The position numbers and the translations under genes are program-made. DNA of 64,000 nucleotides, from NCBI RefSeq assembly GCF_008831285.2, contig NC_045138.2:37944001-38008000 (forward strand), read 5' to 3'. Below are positions 39,701 through 51,200 of this stretch, piece after piece. How positions within the stretch are numbered: position 1 is the first letter of the stretch; the number at the start of each line of letters is the position of its first letter. The notes under the pieces are model-generated. The model did no database searches. It worked only from the letters and a program-made list of their open reading frames with translations, and was not told the DNA's origin. This DNA is from Nymphaea colorata. Taxonomy: Eukaryota.

Positions 39701-42700
39701 TTATGAAGATATTTGTTTTAATTTCTTAATGTGTTGTTAACATATTATGGCTTATGAATGATGAATCATGAATGTTCATTATGTATGTGATGAGGTTTTT
39801 ATATAGAACAAAATTTTCATGATTTTTCTTTATTTTTTCTGAATTTTTTTCTTTTCTTGTTTTTAATGAATTAAAACATTTATGATACGTTATGATATTA
39901 CATATACGATAGCCCAACCAATGCGCATTTTGATATGCCTTTTACAACATTGATCAGAGGACATAACGGGCCCAACAATAAGAATTATTTTGAGCAAAAC
40001 AATTAATGCTTAGGAAAGCCCAAAGTAGATTAAGAAAATGAATCATGTCAGGATGGGAGACTACTGATTTTGACTTAATTACTTAGATGAGCTTCCTTAG
40101 AAGTTAGAAGCATAACATCAAGCCTTGATAGTCACAGATACAGCAATATTTTGGAAATAATGTGTTTTTATCGCCAAAATACTATCAAACATTTTCAATG
40201 GGAAAAAATTCACAATAATTTCAGAATGCCAAAAAAATATTACTCATAATAAACTTGTGATGTTTTCCTTTTCAATAAAAACCTTTTTAAATGTATTTTT
40301 AGTCTACATTTCCATTTATTGTTTATCTTAAAAGTTCAATAACAATTTTGGATCTTTATGATATGTCTGAAAGAAAACTACAAAAAAAATACTTTATTCC
40401 GTTTTTGTCTATATTACTATTTCTATATGTTTTCTAGTTATCTAACTTCCTGCTATTTTCCCAGTAGAAAACCAACAACAATAACTTTTCCAAAATATAC
40501 TGGGAAGAACCTCTCTGATAAAGATCCAAGATTGATATATGCAACTATGATAGACACCAAAAACCGTACACTCACCTAGTCAAGGAAAAGTTACAAAAAC
40601 AGAAATTTATTTGCAAAATCTGAATTAGTATGAACATCATCGACCATATGAAAAGGGCGCTCAAATAGAGATAACACTACTTTTCAAGATGAAATATTCA
40701 TATATACCTTAACCTTATTGTTGATAAGGAGCAGAAAATGAAATTCCGTCATTGCGAGGGACCTTGGTTTAATGGCTTCTCCAACTTCCCCCAGTTTTGA
40801 ATAGTCCAAAAGGGCCTTGTTCTCAACAAAATTTTCATCACCATTGCTTGAACTTTGTGAACCAAAACCAGAAGACCAATAAATTAAGGGGAAAAATAAA
40901 ATTTCAGACATGATATAAAAGGCTGCAGTATTCAACACTTACATGAAAGACCAAATGGCATCTACAAATCAGAAAAAATAAAACAAATAGCTTCAAATGT
41001 GCTACCAAAAGCATCCTTGGTGAAACAGAATTGATGTAAGGAACTAGCTGAAACTTTCTTACATAGGATTGTGAAAAATGGCAACATACAGACACGAATA
41101 AACTCAGGAACAAGTTTGATTACCTGTGCTGTGATCCAAAATTCAGGCCTCCATAATAAATTCCTGCCCCAGAAAGCCAAGCAAAATGTTCAGCTCTCCT
41201 TTGCTTGATAAAGAAGTGAAGTTCACTGCATAATCAGCACAAAATGAACAAAGCAACATAGCTAGTTAAAGTAGCCATTAGATATTTATAAGGGCTAGTC
41301 AAGGAAGGGGCTAACTCTCATTGAACTGTCTGCAAGTTCTACTCCATTTTATATAATATCACGACAAGCGACATTTTCAATTTTCTCCACAGAGATTTTT
41401 TTAATATTATATTTAACTATATTCCCAATCAATTACCAGCCCGGCCACTAGGCCATAAGATTGGGAATGTTAAATATAGGTAGAATTACAAATATCTCAC
41501 AACTGGCACAAAGAATGCAACCTTCATTTACCCATCCAATTTCTTGAGAAATAAATAACTGCATACAAGGAAAAGCTTTTACCTGTTTGGTATCTCCCCA
41601 GGAAGCTCCATAAAATGCACAGCTCGGTCTATGTAACGGCTAAATACGACCTACAAAATAGATCATCCACTTTAAACCTGAACCTTTAGTCCCAATGCAT
41701 GATTATTGCAGCATAACAATAAAATGAAAATCCTTGTGGAGAACTAAAAGATCATTTTTCAGAAAGTTGTGCATTCATGGAATTTAAGCATGCCAAATGT
41801 GTCGACTGTAAGGATAATTTATCATTTGCTGTATATATGTCCATGAAATCCTTCTGAGCTGGTCTAGAATCAACGTTAATCAACATACACCAGCATCGTT
41901 ATCCCCACACAGCCTCACCTCAATAAATTCCATGATCTCAGGTCCATGACATATAGTTGCCTCAATCAATGAAGCCATTCACTTTTCAGTTTATTCCATT
42001 TCTTACTTTTCTTCCATAGTTTCCCAGCAGGAGGAACTGTATCTCATCATATTACAACTGCAGTGCAATTTTTCTTTGTGCCTTCTAAGTTCTGCCTAAC
42101 ATGATCCAAAATTCCTCTTAGTCCTCTCATAATATTGAGAATCTCCCCGCATGAAGCAACCACCTCATATTACCTGGACCACTAATCAAACCCATAACAG
42201 CCATAAGCTCACAAGGTCCTACCAAAGTCTAACTAGAATAATTTTGGCTGTTCCCCCTCATGGGTAAATTTGAGTCACCAAATGATTATGGTGATAAAAA
42301 TGTTTTAAGAAAGCTGATCACCTTCACTCAAAAAGGAAGAAACAAATTAGACATGCAGCTGACACAAAAGTGAGAAGAGCTTGCTACCATTTGGAAGCTC
42401 CATTCATTCTAGTCAACTAGAAAATGAAAAGAAACATGAATAGCCTCCTCCAAATGTTAAGAAAAAATAAAAAAGGTTAAAGGTATCTAAACTATAAGGT
42501 ATCTCATTTCTGTTCTACTCACAAATAAGAAATCCCAACTGTATTGTGTCCCAATTTTCACACCCCTCCACAAGCTCAATACATCAAATCCTAGAATCAC
42601 TATAAATGTAAAAAAAAAGTGTCAAAAAAGGCAGTCAAAAAATAAGCACAAGATGACTACTGCCAACAAAGTAAATCAGAAGGTTCCATCAATATATTAT

Positions 42701-45700
42701 AGTCATAAACATTTATATTTAATCTATGTATTGCTACAAAAGCTTATAAAAGTCGAGAATTTTACCACATAGATGACATTCAAATTATCTTAATGAAATA
42801 AGGTTAGAGAAGAAAGACACACCCCCAAAATTTTGAGAAGCCAATATGTACTCTCCAGTAATCCAAACAACATCATGATATCTGCTAATGTCGATAAGGC
42901 AAATCTCTACCCTTGTTTATGGTGACATGACATCAAATAGGCTCTCAACAATGTAAAAACCGTGTAGCTTTATACCTACTACTGGTGCATCCTCCAACAT
43001 CAAGTTGTCAACAGGAAGATGCTCACCGAGAAAACAAAATATAAATGAAGGGGCCATGAACATACTTCCAACTATACTGCAGCAAATACAATTGAAAGAC
43101 ATTCTTGCTCCGCATACAAACCAAAACATGCTCTATGACCTCATTGCATTCTATGCTACTGATATTCCTTCTCTTCTTGCTAATGTCCAAAAGGTTATAG
43201 AAAGCTACAATGAATCATGGAAGACATTACTTGTATGGCAACAATAAAAAAAATCCCATCAGGCTGTTCACTGTTGGATGTTTTTCAGGGACCACGAAGG
43301 TGACAATGAAGGAACGTTCTCCAGCTATATTCCCCAAAAAGCTGTAGTTTAGAAGATAAAATGCACATTGCTGTAAATTTCAGCAGATACGTATGGTGTA
43401 AGCAGATCGTATTGAACACTTGCACGCAAGACCAACAGGAACCTTTGTGAACAATTGCTAAAAATCATTTTAAATAGTTTAATGATAGGTGCATAAACTG
43501 AATCTAAGTTGAAAAGCCAAAACAATTAAGTGAAATTCAAAAATAATCCCTGGAAACCTGCCAACAATAAAATAAAAGTACAAAAAGCTTATGTTTTCAT
43601 GAACAAATCAATTAACCATGTTTGGCTGGACAAGTCTGAGAATATGCAGCTCAATGGATCCAATACTTAACGGAAGCAATAATCTTTACATACATACACA
43701 AAGAAAAACATGGAGAGATTCCAAAAAATAAACCATTTTGTGTCAAGTAAAACACTGCTGAAATGAGGTTCTATTCATTATTCAGTTCATACTTACATCA
43801 AGAGCCCCCATACCAGTAAACGAATAAAGCCTGGTAGGAGTAACAGCCATAACATAGTATCTAGTTGCATTATTCGTACCAGTTGTTTCCATCTGTAGAA
43901 TAGAAAAAAGTGAACAATCAATCATCTATGTTAACAAGTGCCAATAACAAATTAATGAACAAACACTTATTTTGGATAAAGAAGGTTTAAGTAAAGGTAT
44001 CTTACAAGCCATGTATAGTGACACAGTTGGCTTTTTAAAATCATTACGCCATGTTTTTCAGATCTTCTTCAAAAGTCTAGCTTCAAATATTTTATATTTT
44101 AATATGTCAGTAAATATTCTATGGTCAATTTTGTTAATTCTTTCAAAGACTACAAGCATTTTGTGGCTTTTTATTTACATCACAAATTTGGTCCCTAGTT
44201 CATCTATCAAAAAAGAAACCCATGGAGTAAAATGCTACTATACTTGTATTCTGGCCTCCAACATCCTCGGACCTCAGTAATTTGTCAGGATGCCACACCC
44301 ATGCCGACATGCTGTCTACTTTGGTTAAGTTTTTGTTCAGTAATGTATAAGTTGTGAATACAAATAATCGATACTTGCTTAAAATCTTATTGTTTCCACA
44401 CACACACACACAAATATATATATATATATATATATATATCTGCACCCAAGATTTTTTAAAACTACTCTGCACCTCTGTCTGCAACTGAATCCATGTCCAC
44501 AACCACACCCATGTGACATGGTCAATAATCTAATATGTGTAAAAGACACATAGCACTCTTGTTTAACATTTAAGATTTTGCAGTCTCGTTCTTTCTCGCT
44601 AAACATACGCAAACATGCATGCAAACTCTTAAATAATGATCACAACACCTATATAAACTTCTAGCAAATTTAACCACTCGGTCAAAATTAACCAGCAAGG
44701 CGTATGCTTATAAAGCACTCTATAGAGTACCTGGAGATCCATGAATGGCTCTTGAAGCTCAGAAAGTTCATAAAGCGACCTCAGATACTTCTCCCTCTTC
44801 TCTTTTTCATCCACAAAAACCTCATAAAGTTGACCGCTGTCAGTCCCAAGAATCACTTCCCTTGTAGAAGCTTTATGCAGAAGAATTATGTTAAAAATAA
44901 GAAATAAAATGGGATTGGATGCCATAATGTCATGATCCAAATCTGGACCTGTAAAAATTGAAATAACTTTATGTAAAGAAACCACCTTCTGTTATCTGTT
45001 GCCTGTTCCAAGCAACAGCATTAACCATGAGCCCCTTCAGTTTGGCAAGGATTCGAGGCTTGCGCCATTTTGCATGTATGTAGAATGTCTCAGCTCCTCC
45101 AGTGCAAAGGACAGTTGCTATACAATGACTGCCACCAGGATCCAGGAACACACTGTGTACAGGTTGATCTCCCATTCTGCTGGACGAAAGATCCAGATCT
45201 ACAGCCACATGCATGAAACGCATAGAAAGCTACAAACATTGGCATGGAGAACGATGGTAAAGGAGATCAAAATAAAAGAAATGCTTCCTTTCAGGTATTT
45301 GAACCGATTGCTCAGTATGTCCACAGTCAACCGCATTGTACAGGTTAATTGAAAACGAGATAAACAATAACTGTTGGATACTATATATTAATCTATATAC
45401 CAACAACTGCTTGGCATTAATCAAATAAAAGACGAAAACATGAGCTCATAATTTATTTGAACTTCACAATCATCAAATCATGCAGAATTTCAGTGCCCCT
45501 GCTCTAGAAATGTGTATGAATAACTTAGCAAAGACATAGTCCGCTTTTAAACTTTCTGGTAAAAACATTTTTAAGTTACGCTAAAAACATAAAAGGAGCC
45601 AAGAGATGTATATCAGCGATCAAAAAAGGATGTGGATAAAGAATTCTTGAAAACAATTCTCCCAAGTCCTATGATAAAAGATCCTAAGAAAGATAAAAGC

Positions 45701-46370
45701 AATACATACTATTGTTTCGATCCATAACCAACACATTGTTTATGCATTGCGCTGCGTCAAATTCCAAATATATCTGAAGTTCATAGAAAATAAGACTAGT
45801 TTGTCTGCAGTCTAGACGAATCCAAGCATCTTAAACTTTAGGGCGTCAAAAGAAAGACAGCTAAAGAAAATTGTTCATGATCAAAAGAAGCGGTATGAGT
45901 TTTTTTACGATCGCGGATTACTTACACGATAAAACGGAGATCATTGTGTGCCCTAAGGACAATACTAAACAGTGAAGGAATGCGATCAATACTACGATTG
46001 CTAAATAACTGAAAGGAAAACAATGCGCTTCCAAATTAAACAGTATAGGAGACGACGGCATGATTCAATCCATCAAGATTACAGGAGTACCTGAGAATGC
46101 CGTAACTGAAAGGTATAGTGCACTAGCAAATTAAAAAATATAGGAGGAGATGACGCAATCCATCGAGATTGCAAAATTGTCTGACAAATTAACGGACGAA
46201 ATGTTACCGTAAGAATCTAGGCCTCCGAAATCATGCCTGATAAGCCAACCCTTGCTCGTCCCGATCACGATGACGTTGTTCCCTGCGGCCATACACGTAA
46301 TTACGCCATGACCCTTGGCCGCGTACCTTTCGAGCGTGTCTACCGAAAAGATATGCCTCCCGCTACTCAT
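20156..46370 (-). CDS. VPS18: Vacuolar protein sorting-associated protein 18 (HOPS/CORVET class C core subunit), 23 exons, 992 aa
   Basis: Exons on the minus strand, all GT-AG: 46370-46208, 45198-44986, 44870-44731, 43892-43797, 41650-41583, 41225-41124, 40852-40708, 39149-39006, 38939-38820, 38656-38600, 36949-36890, 36106-35999, 34304-34147, 32429-32351, 30303-30241, 30095-29965, 28149-28044, 26535-26347, 25395-25168, 24158-24003, 22939-22781, 20565-20443, 20326-20156. Total 2979 nt, in frame. The N-terminus MSSGRHIFSVDTLERYAAKGHGVITCMAAGN matches plant VPS18. It has the Pep3/Vps18 region (AMTEFHFLLL), a clathrin-repeat region (VHNLLLALYAK, YDPKYALRLC, LKIEDILPFFPDF), a coiled coil and a split RING-H2 (CGGC...CGHAFHAQC...CPFC). 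Confidence 0.97.
21462..22444. mobile_element. Non-autonomous TIR element with gactagtc-rich subterminal motifs, interrupted by a second element
   Basis: Both ends match, in reverse orientation, the ends of the copy at 50908-51212. For example, the reverse complement of 22370-22444 (ctaagttgtcaaatcagaagccag...ccctaaaagga) aligns with ggttgtcaagtttggaagccag...ccctaaaaaga. Confidence 0.6.
21826..22183. mobile_element. A-rich/T-rich MITE-like insertion (CATTG...CAATG ends)
   Basis: Short inverted ends with an A-rich then T-rich interior. The segment aaagcgacgagttttttcttggcataatacggcaa is homologous to about 35066-35100. Confidence 0.6.
24549..24611. repeat. Intronic tandem repeat, 2.3 x 27 bp
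   Basis: agaag(c/t)tcatgcctatcttaggccttc at 24549 and 24576, plus a partial third unit. Confidence 0.88.
27460..27635. repeat. Intronic tandem duplication, 2 x ~86 bp
   Basis: gttcatggactagattgggctttag(g/a)gctttgaaca...caagcagca starts at 27471 and 27557 with only a few mismatches. Confidence 0.92.
35038..35653. mobile_element. MITE-like insertion of the same family as 21826-22183, in VPS18 intron 12
   Basis: The ends catagtca...tgactctg are imperfect inverted repeats. It shares the subterminal segment noted for 21826-22183 and has a purine-rich interior. Confidence 0.55.
39172..39952. mobile_element. hAT-like non-autonomous element (CAATGTT...AACATTG ends, atgatac subterminal repeats)
   Basis: It starts caatgttatcc and ends ttttacaacattg. 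tatgatac motifs repeat at both ends, and a homologous fragment lies at about 11955-12120. Confidence 0.6.
40127..40549. mobile_element. MITE-like insertion (gatagtcac...gcaactatg); related copies about 30733-31127, 31580-31920 and 56748-57066
   Basis: Imperfect inverted ends. The (a/t)gtcaca(g/a)atac start and gcaacta(t/a)g end recur in the other copies, each with an A/T-tract interior. Confidence 0.5.
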
Positions 46371-47089
46371 CTTTCTTGCTGCTTGGGCAATGCGGGTGAT
46401 CGATGCTCCGTCGATTTTCACGACCGATGAACGAATAAATAAGGTCCGGGAACGCGATCAGAACACATGGCGATCGCCGGCGACGAAACGCCGAAAGCAG
46501 ATGAGAACAGTCGAGCGGTGAGAAGACTGACGAGGAAGTTGAGGGGAAGCGGTGAAGAGTTTTATCGGATCTCTCGTTCGGTTGATGGATCGAATGGAAA
46601 TGATCGTAGCGTCCGCGTTGGGGTTTTTCTTCTTGGGCTGATCGGAAACGGTTTCGGCCTTGACCCGTCTTGTACCGACGCCGAAAGCCGTTGTGTTGAG
46701 TGATGAAAAGGAGAACGGTCTGATTGGTTGTCCGGGTTGCTCTTATCAAGCCCGATTAAAGAACCGATAACGGGGTATGTTTTCAACCAATTATGTAACA
46801 TACGGGTCTGGATCATTAGACGATTAAAATTTGCAATCTCGATCTCCGTCTCCGTCTCCGTCTCAAAGGTCAGAGTGTTAAATCTAACGGGCCGCTGAAA
46901 ACAAAGTAAAATTCGGATTTGAGGTTCATTACTCGTTTATGTTAACCGGATACAGCCGAATTTTAGCGGGACGGAGTGGAATGGCAACATTTTGGCGGGA
47001 AACTGTGTTTGTTCTGACGAAGCCACCCATTCCGCCAAGGTCTTGGATTGATGAATTATTAGAGGCAGCCGTCCCTCGGTCGAAGGGTC

Positions 47090-47510
47090 GAGTGCAGGAA
47101 ACCAGTTAGCTTGAGCTCGACCAGCTCGAACTAGACTCGATTAACATATAGTTTGTTTCAAATTCGACTCAAATTTTATATGATGATCTCTAGCTCAACT
47201 TGTTTAACCGAGTTTGTGCTCGAGCTCGGCTCATTTAATTAAGCTATTGTCTCTTGATACATATTTTATGCTTAAAAATCACATTTTTATTCGAGCCATT
47301 TTAAGTTTTTTAAATTTCAAAAATAAGTATTAGTATTAAATGAGCCTAATTGAGTCTAGTTCATCCAACTCGAACTCCACTCTTTTACAATATCGAGTTA
47401 TTGGATAAGCTCAAACTCGACTTATTTAGCTTATGAGTTGAGCTATAGTCGAGCTTAACAAAGCGAGTTTTAGTATAGCCCAAGTTGGTTCGACTAGTTT
47501 AACGTTCTTA
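47090..47510. mobile_element. gagctcg/ctcga-rich MITE remnant in the VPS18 / 4R-MYB intergenic region
   Basis: Dense cgagct/ctcga/actcga motifs flank an AT-rich core, a pattern typical of plant hAT-derived MITEs. The ends are degenerate. Confidence 0.6.
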
Positions 47511-48017
47511 GTCGAGGTTCAAATAAAACAACCATAAACATTGACATGGTTTCTAAATGCAACAATTGCCTATAGCTTCTTTTTTAGCCGTTATTCATTA
47601 ATTTTTTCAGTCATGAAATTAAATTTTTAACCATTTGGCACCCTTGTGACTTTTATAGCAAAGTTTTTAACCATCCGACACCAAGGAGCTGGCCCTCAAA
47701 GAATAAAAAACACATTACTTGAAAGCCCCTACACGATCCCGAGACAAATTTTGCTTTTAGATATATTTAATCAATTTAAAAGCCAAACCATTGAAAATTT
47801 CGATATTATTTTTAAGCAACCAAACGTTGTCTTAAATAAATTAAATTAGGAACAACAACGGCGAATCAGAATCAGTAGTAAATATGTCGACATGTCCAAT
47901 ATCCGTTTAGAAGGAAAACTTTTATTAGGTTTTCGGATTCGGGGCTGTCCAACACCACCCCGGGGCAGCGCCCGGCCCTCTTTTGCTTCCTCTCTCTTCC
48001 CACTCCCTCTCATCTCC

Positions 48018-48206
48018 GGCCCACCTTATATACAATTTAAACGCTTTTCAAGAACTAGCCACGGGAAATCGACCGACATGACGGAAGGACGGCGAGAGAG
48101 AGAGAGAGAGAGAGAGAAAAGGCGCGGTTGTGGCGCGTTTTCCCGCTCGTTCGCTGCTTCTATTCTCCCATCGGAGCCCCGAGTTGAATCTCCTCTAAAA
48201 CCCTAA
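48018..48206 (+). promoter_or_regulatory. Core promoter / 5'UTR elements of the 4R-MYB gene: site II-like GGCCCA, TATA-like, (GA)n, telo-box
   Basis: GGCCCA at 48018-48023, TATATA at 48027-48032, a GA run at about 48093-48117 and AAACCCTAA at 48198-48206, all within 210 bp of ATG 48229. Confidence 0.5.
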
Positions 48207-48228
48207 TTCTCTCTCTCTAGCCGGAACG

Positions 48229-51200
48229 ATGGATTCCTGGCGGTATGAAGACGACGAAGAGGCGGATGAATACGATGAAGAAGACGATGACCTCTTCCGC
48301 CAAGACTTGGAGGCTCTGAAGAGGGCGTGCATGCTCACGGGCGGCGGCGATGAATACGAGGCCGCGGCGCCTGATCGGGTAGCGGAGTCGGGAACCGAGA
48401 GCGAGGAAATCGACGACATGGAGTTCCTCCGGAGCATCCAGAAGAAATTATGCCTTCCGATCGATGTAAGTGCACGAACTTCGGATGGGTCGTCCGACCT
48501 CGTCGAGGACGATTTCGAGACACTGAGAGCAATCGAGTGCAGGTTCGCTAAGTACGACGACGGTAAGAATAACCCGATGGTTTTGACATTGGTTTTCGTC
48601 TGTTCATTTCGTCCGATTGTTTAAACGTTCGAAGCATCGTTAGTTAGAGGAAAAGAAAGCAAGCGACCGAAGGCAACAGTTGGGAGGTTTTGGTTGTTTA
48701 TTTATTTTGTTTGGTTCTGTGCGAAGTCGTGGTAGTATGCCAAGTTGGTGTAATATGTACCGGTACACTGGCATACGAAATAATCCAATGTGCTATTTTT
48801 ACGGTGTGTGTGTGTGTGTTGAATCTGAATAAGCGGGGAACTGTCCAACTTTGGAGAGCAAATACAACAAAAACAATGATGTCATGCGATTTTATTCTCC
48901 CAGTAGAGAGGAACAAAAAGTAATATACCATCCACTTGCAGAAACTTAACGGCCGTCCCCTGTTACTTACATGCATCTAGCTTTGAGAGTGACTAGTGAT
49001 CACGTATATGCGACAAGTCTAGATAACTGTATCTGGAAATACAAAAAGGTTGATAACTAATTTTTCATTGCTTAGTGTCTGGGATCCTTCAGCCGATTGC
49101 CTAGCTTGTTTGAGATCAACTGAATTCACCTTTTAATGCAAGGAAACTGATGTTCAAGAAGCTGTGTGAAAGAGGAAGTGGAAGAATGTCGAGCATTATC
49201 TTATCCGCACTCATGTCATTTCTTATATTCTACTGAAGACTTGAAAGGAGGCAATAAATGTTTTGCAAGGGGCGGAGCTTGTGATATATTTGGACATGAC
49301 GGAATGGAGAAGGAGGTCTATGACTTTGATTCCTAATACAATCGTGACGACTTATAGTAAATACAATCCATTTAGATGTCTTAAATGATATCACCATTCT
49401 AATTCGCCCTTCCCCTGTTGTCTCATTCAAGTGTTTCATGTCGATGACATCATAGTTGCAACTTATGTCTAGGCAATAAAATTTATTAATACCAGTGTTG
49501 TATCAAATTCAAGCAGGTTGCAGGAAGGACATTCCTAAAGCTTGCAGACCCGATACCCAACCCAACTATGAATGATAATATTTAGGAATGGCTGGTAAGT
49601 GAGAAAGTATCATCTAGAAAAGCCACGTAACAGAAGATACTAATAGCAGTAGCATGCTAAGAATAGAATAAAATGCATGCGTCTTATTTCAGAAACTCTT
49701 TTAAGATTTGTTAAGCTTCCTATCTCACAAGTTCTTAAAAACTATGCAATTATGCTATGCATCTGTCACATTGATCCACTTGGAAGGTATTGGATCATCA
49801 TAAAGCTAAGGTGATAAACCTATGTTTCCTTCCTGTCTCATCCCACATATGTTGTTAACCTACACACAGTGTTCTGTTTCATGGTTTGCTCATAAATTTG
49901 TGATGGTGTTTACTTGCAAATATTTTAGCTTTTGCAATGTCTTTGACATGCACCAAATTGGCATGGGAATGATGATATTTCTCTTCCTAATCTATTTTAG
50001 ATGTTCGAATCTGACTCACTTGAATATATGCTTCTCTTTTGGAAATATGTTTTTATGTTTGGAAAACAAAGAACAGGACCACAGGTCCTCATAGGAGGTT
50101 AATCATTATCAGAAAATCACTGATAGTAAAATGATAGATAGAGCTACAGTAACAGTAACAAAACCACAAAGAAAAAATGGCTTCCATACGAGAACTCAAT
50201 GCCTTGGTGATGAAAATAACATATGGCATTTGCTGTTGGTCCCGTATCTACATAGGCGACATTAGATGCTATTGTGTTGCAGGTGCTTGCGGCACTTGAT
50301 CTCATGATGAGAGGGTTCCAGCTTAGGAGGCATATGCTTGCAGTCAAGTACATGTTTTCTCTATGGCAAGTTGACAATTTGTCCAAAATCTTCAATATAT
50401 GTCAAGAACTTAACATGAATAAAGTTATTAGACAAAGGGTAGAGTTGAGAAATGTTCTTGAATAAATTGCAATGCTGTAAAAATAAGTTTGTAGTATAAA
50501 ATTATAAGCTCTTTTGATTAGTTTTTGACATGGTTGGTAAGTAGGAGGTACAACTTTTATGTTGGCTGGCATAGGCAGTAGGAACAAAATTTGTTTGTAT
50601 TGCCGTCATCATTCAAACCCTTTTAGATGATTGTGGTTCTGATCTCTATAACTTGGGGATTTATAAATGCTGAAGCACCCATGTCACATTCACATCCATT
50701 TTACACTCTAATCCTGAGAACCAAGGAGCTAAAAATATATGATCTTACACAAGATCCTGGAGAAAGGGCAACATATTATTGTAAAGAGAATTATTTCCAG
50801 TTTGAACAGAAGTGATTTTTTGAAATTTTTTTCCTTCATATGTTCCATAGCTGTACCACAACTGTACTGCAACAGTGATGACAATGATTTTTTTCCTTTA
50901 TTCATCAATTGGTTGTCAAGTTTGGAAGCCAGTAGGTCATTCAAGACCCTAAAAAGACCAATTGGGACCAGTTGGAACTAGTCTGTTTGACTTGGTCCAA
51001 TTGGAGACCCAAAAGGGCCAATTGCAAATGGTTGGGGCTATTTATAACTACATATATTTAAAGGAAATAAATGGGCAAACAATATACCTATAAACGAATG
51101 TACGTATATTTATATGTCAAGGATTAGTTGGCTGACTAACATCTAGGTTGACTAGTCGACTTGTTTGACCAACTACTTGTTGGTTCGAAGCACATGTCGA

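Noticed and set aside
41940..42450. Decayed LINE 3' fragment in VPS18 intron 4 (similar hint near 29340-29880)
   Set aside because: Only compositional hints; no reverse-transcriptase or endonuclease motif can be read in any frame.
46371..46421. N-terminal extension of VPS18 from the ORF-track start
   Set aside because: The track start is GTG, and similarity to plant VPS18 begins at ATG 46370.
49838..49852. snRNA gene promoter (USE-like ATCCCACAT) within a SNAPc-like gene
   Set aside because: Only a partial match to RTCCCACATCG, with no correctly spaced TATA box or recognisable snRNA body downstream.
50283..50346. Additional coding exon of the 4R-MYB gene
   Set aside because: In the phase required by exon 1 it hits TGA after five codons, and exon 1 joins 51502 in frame without it.
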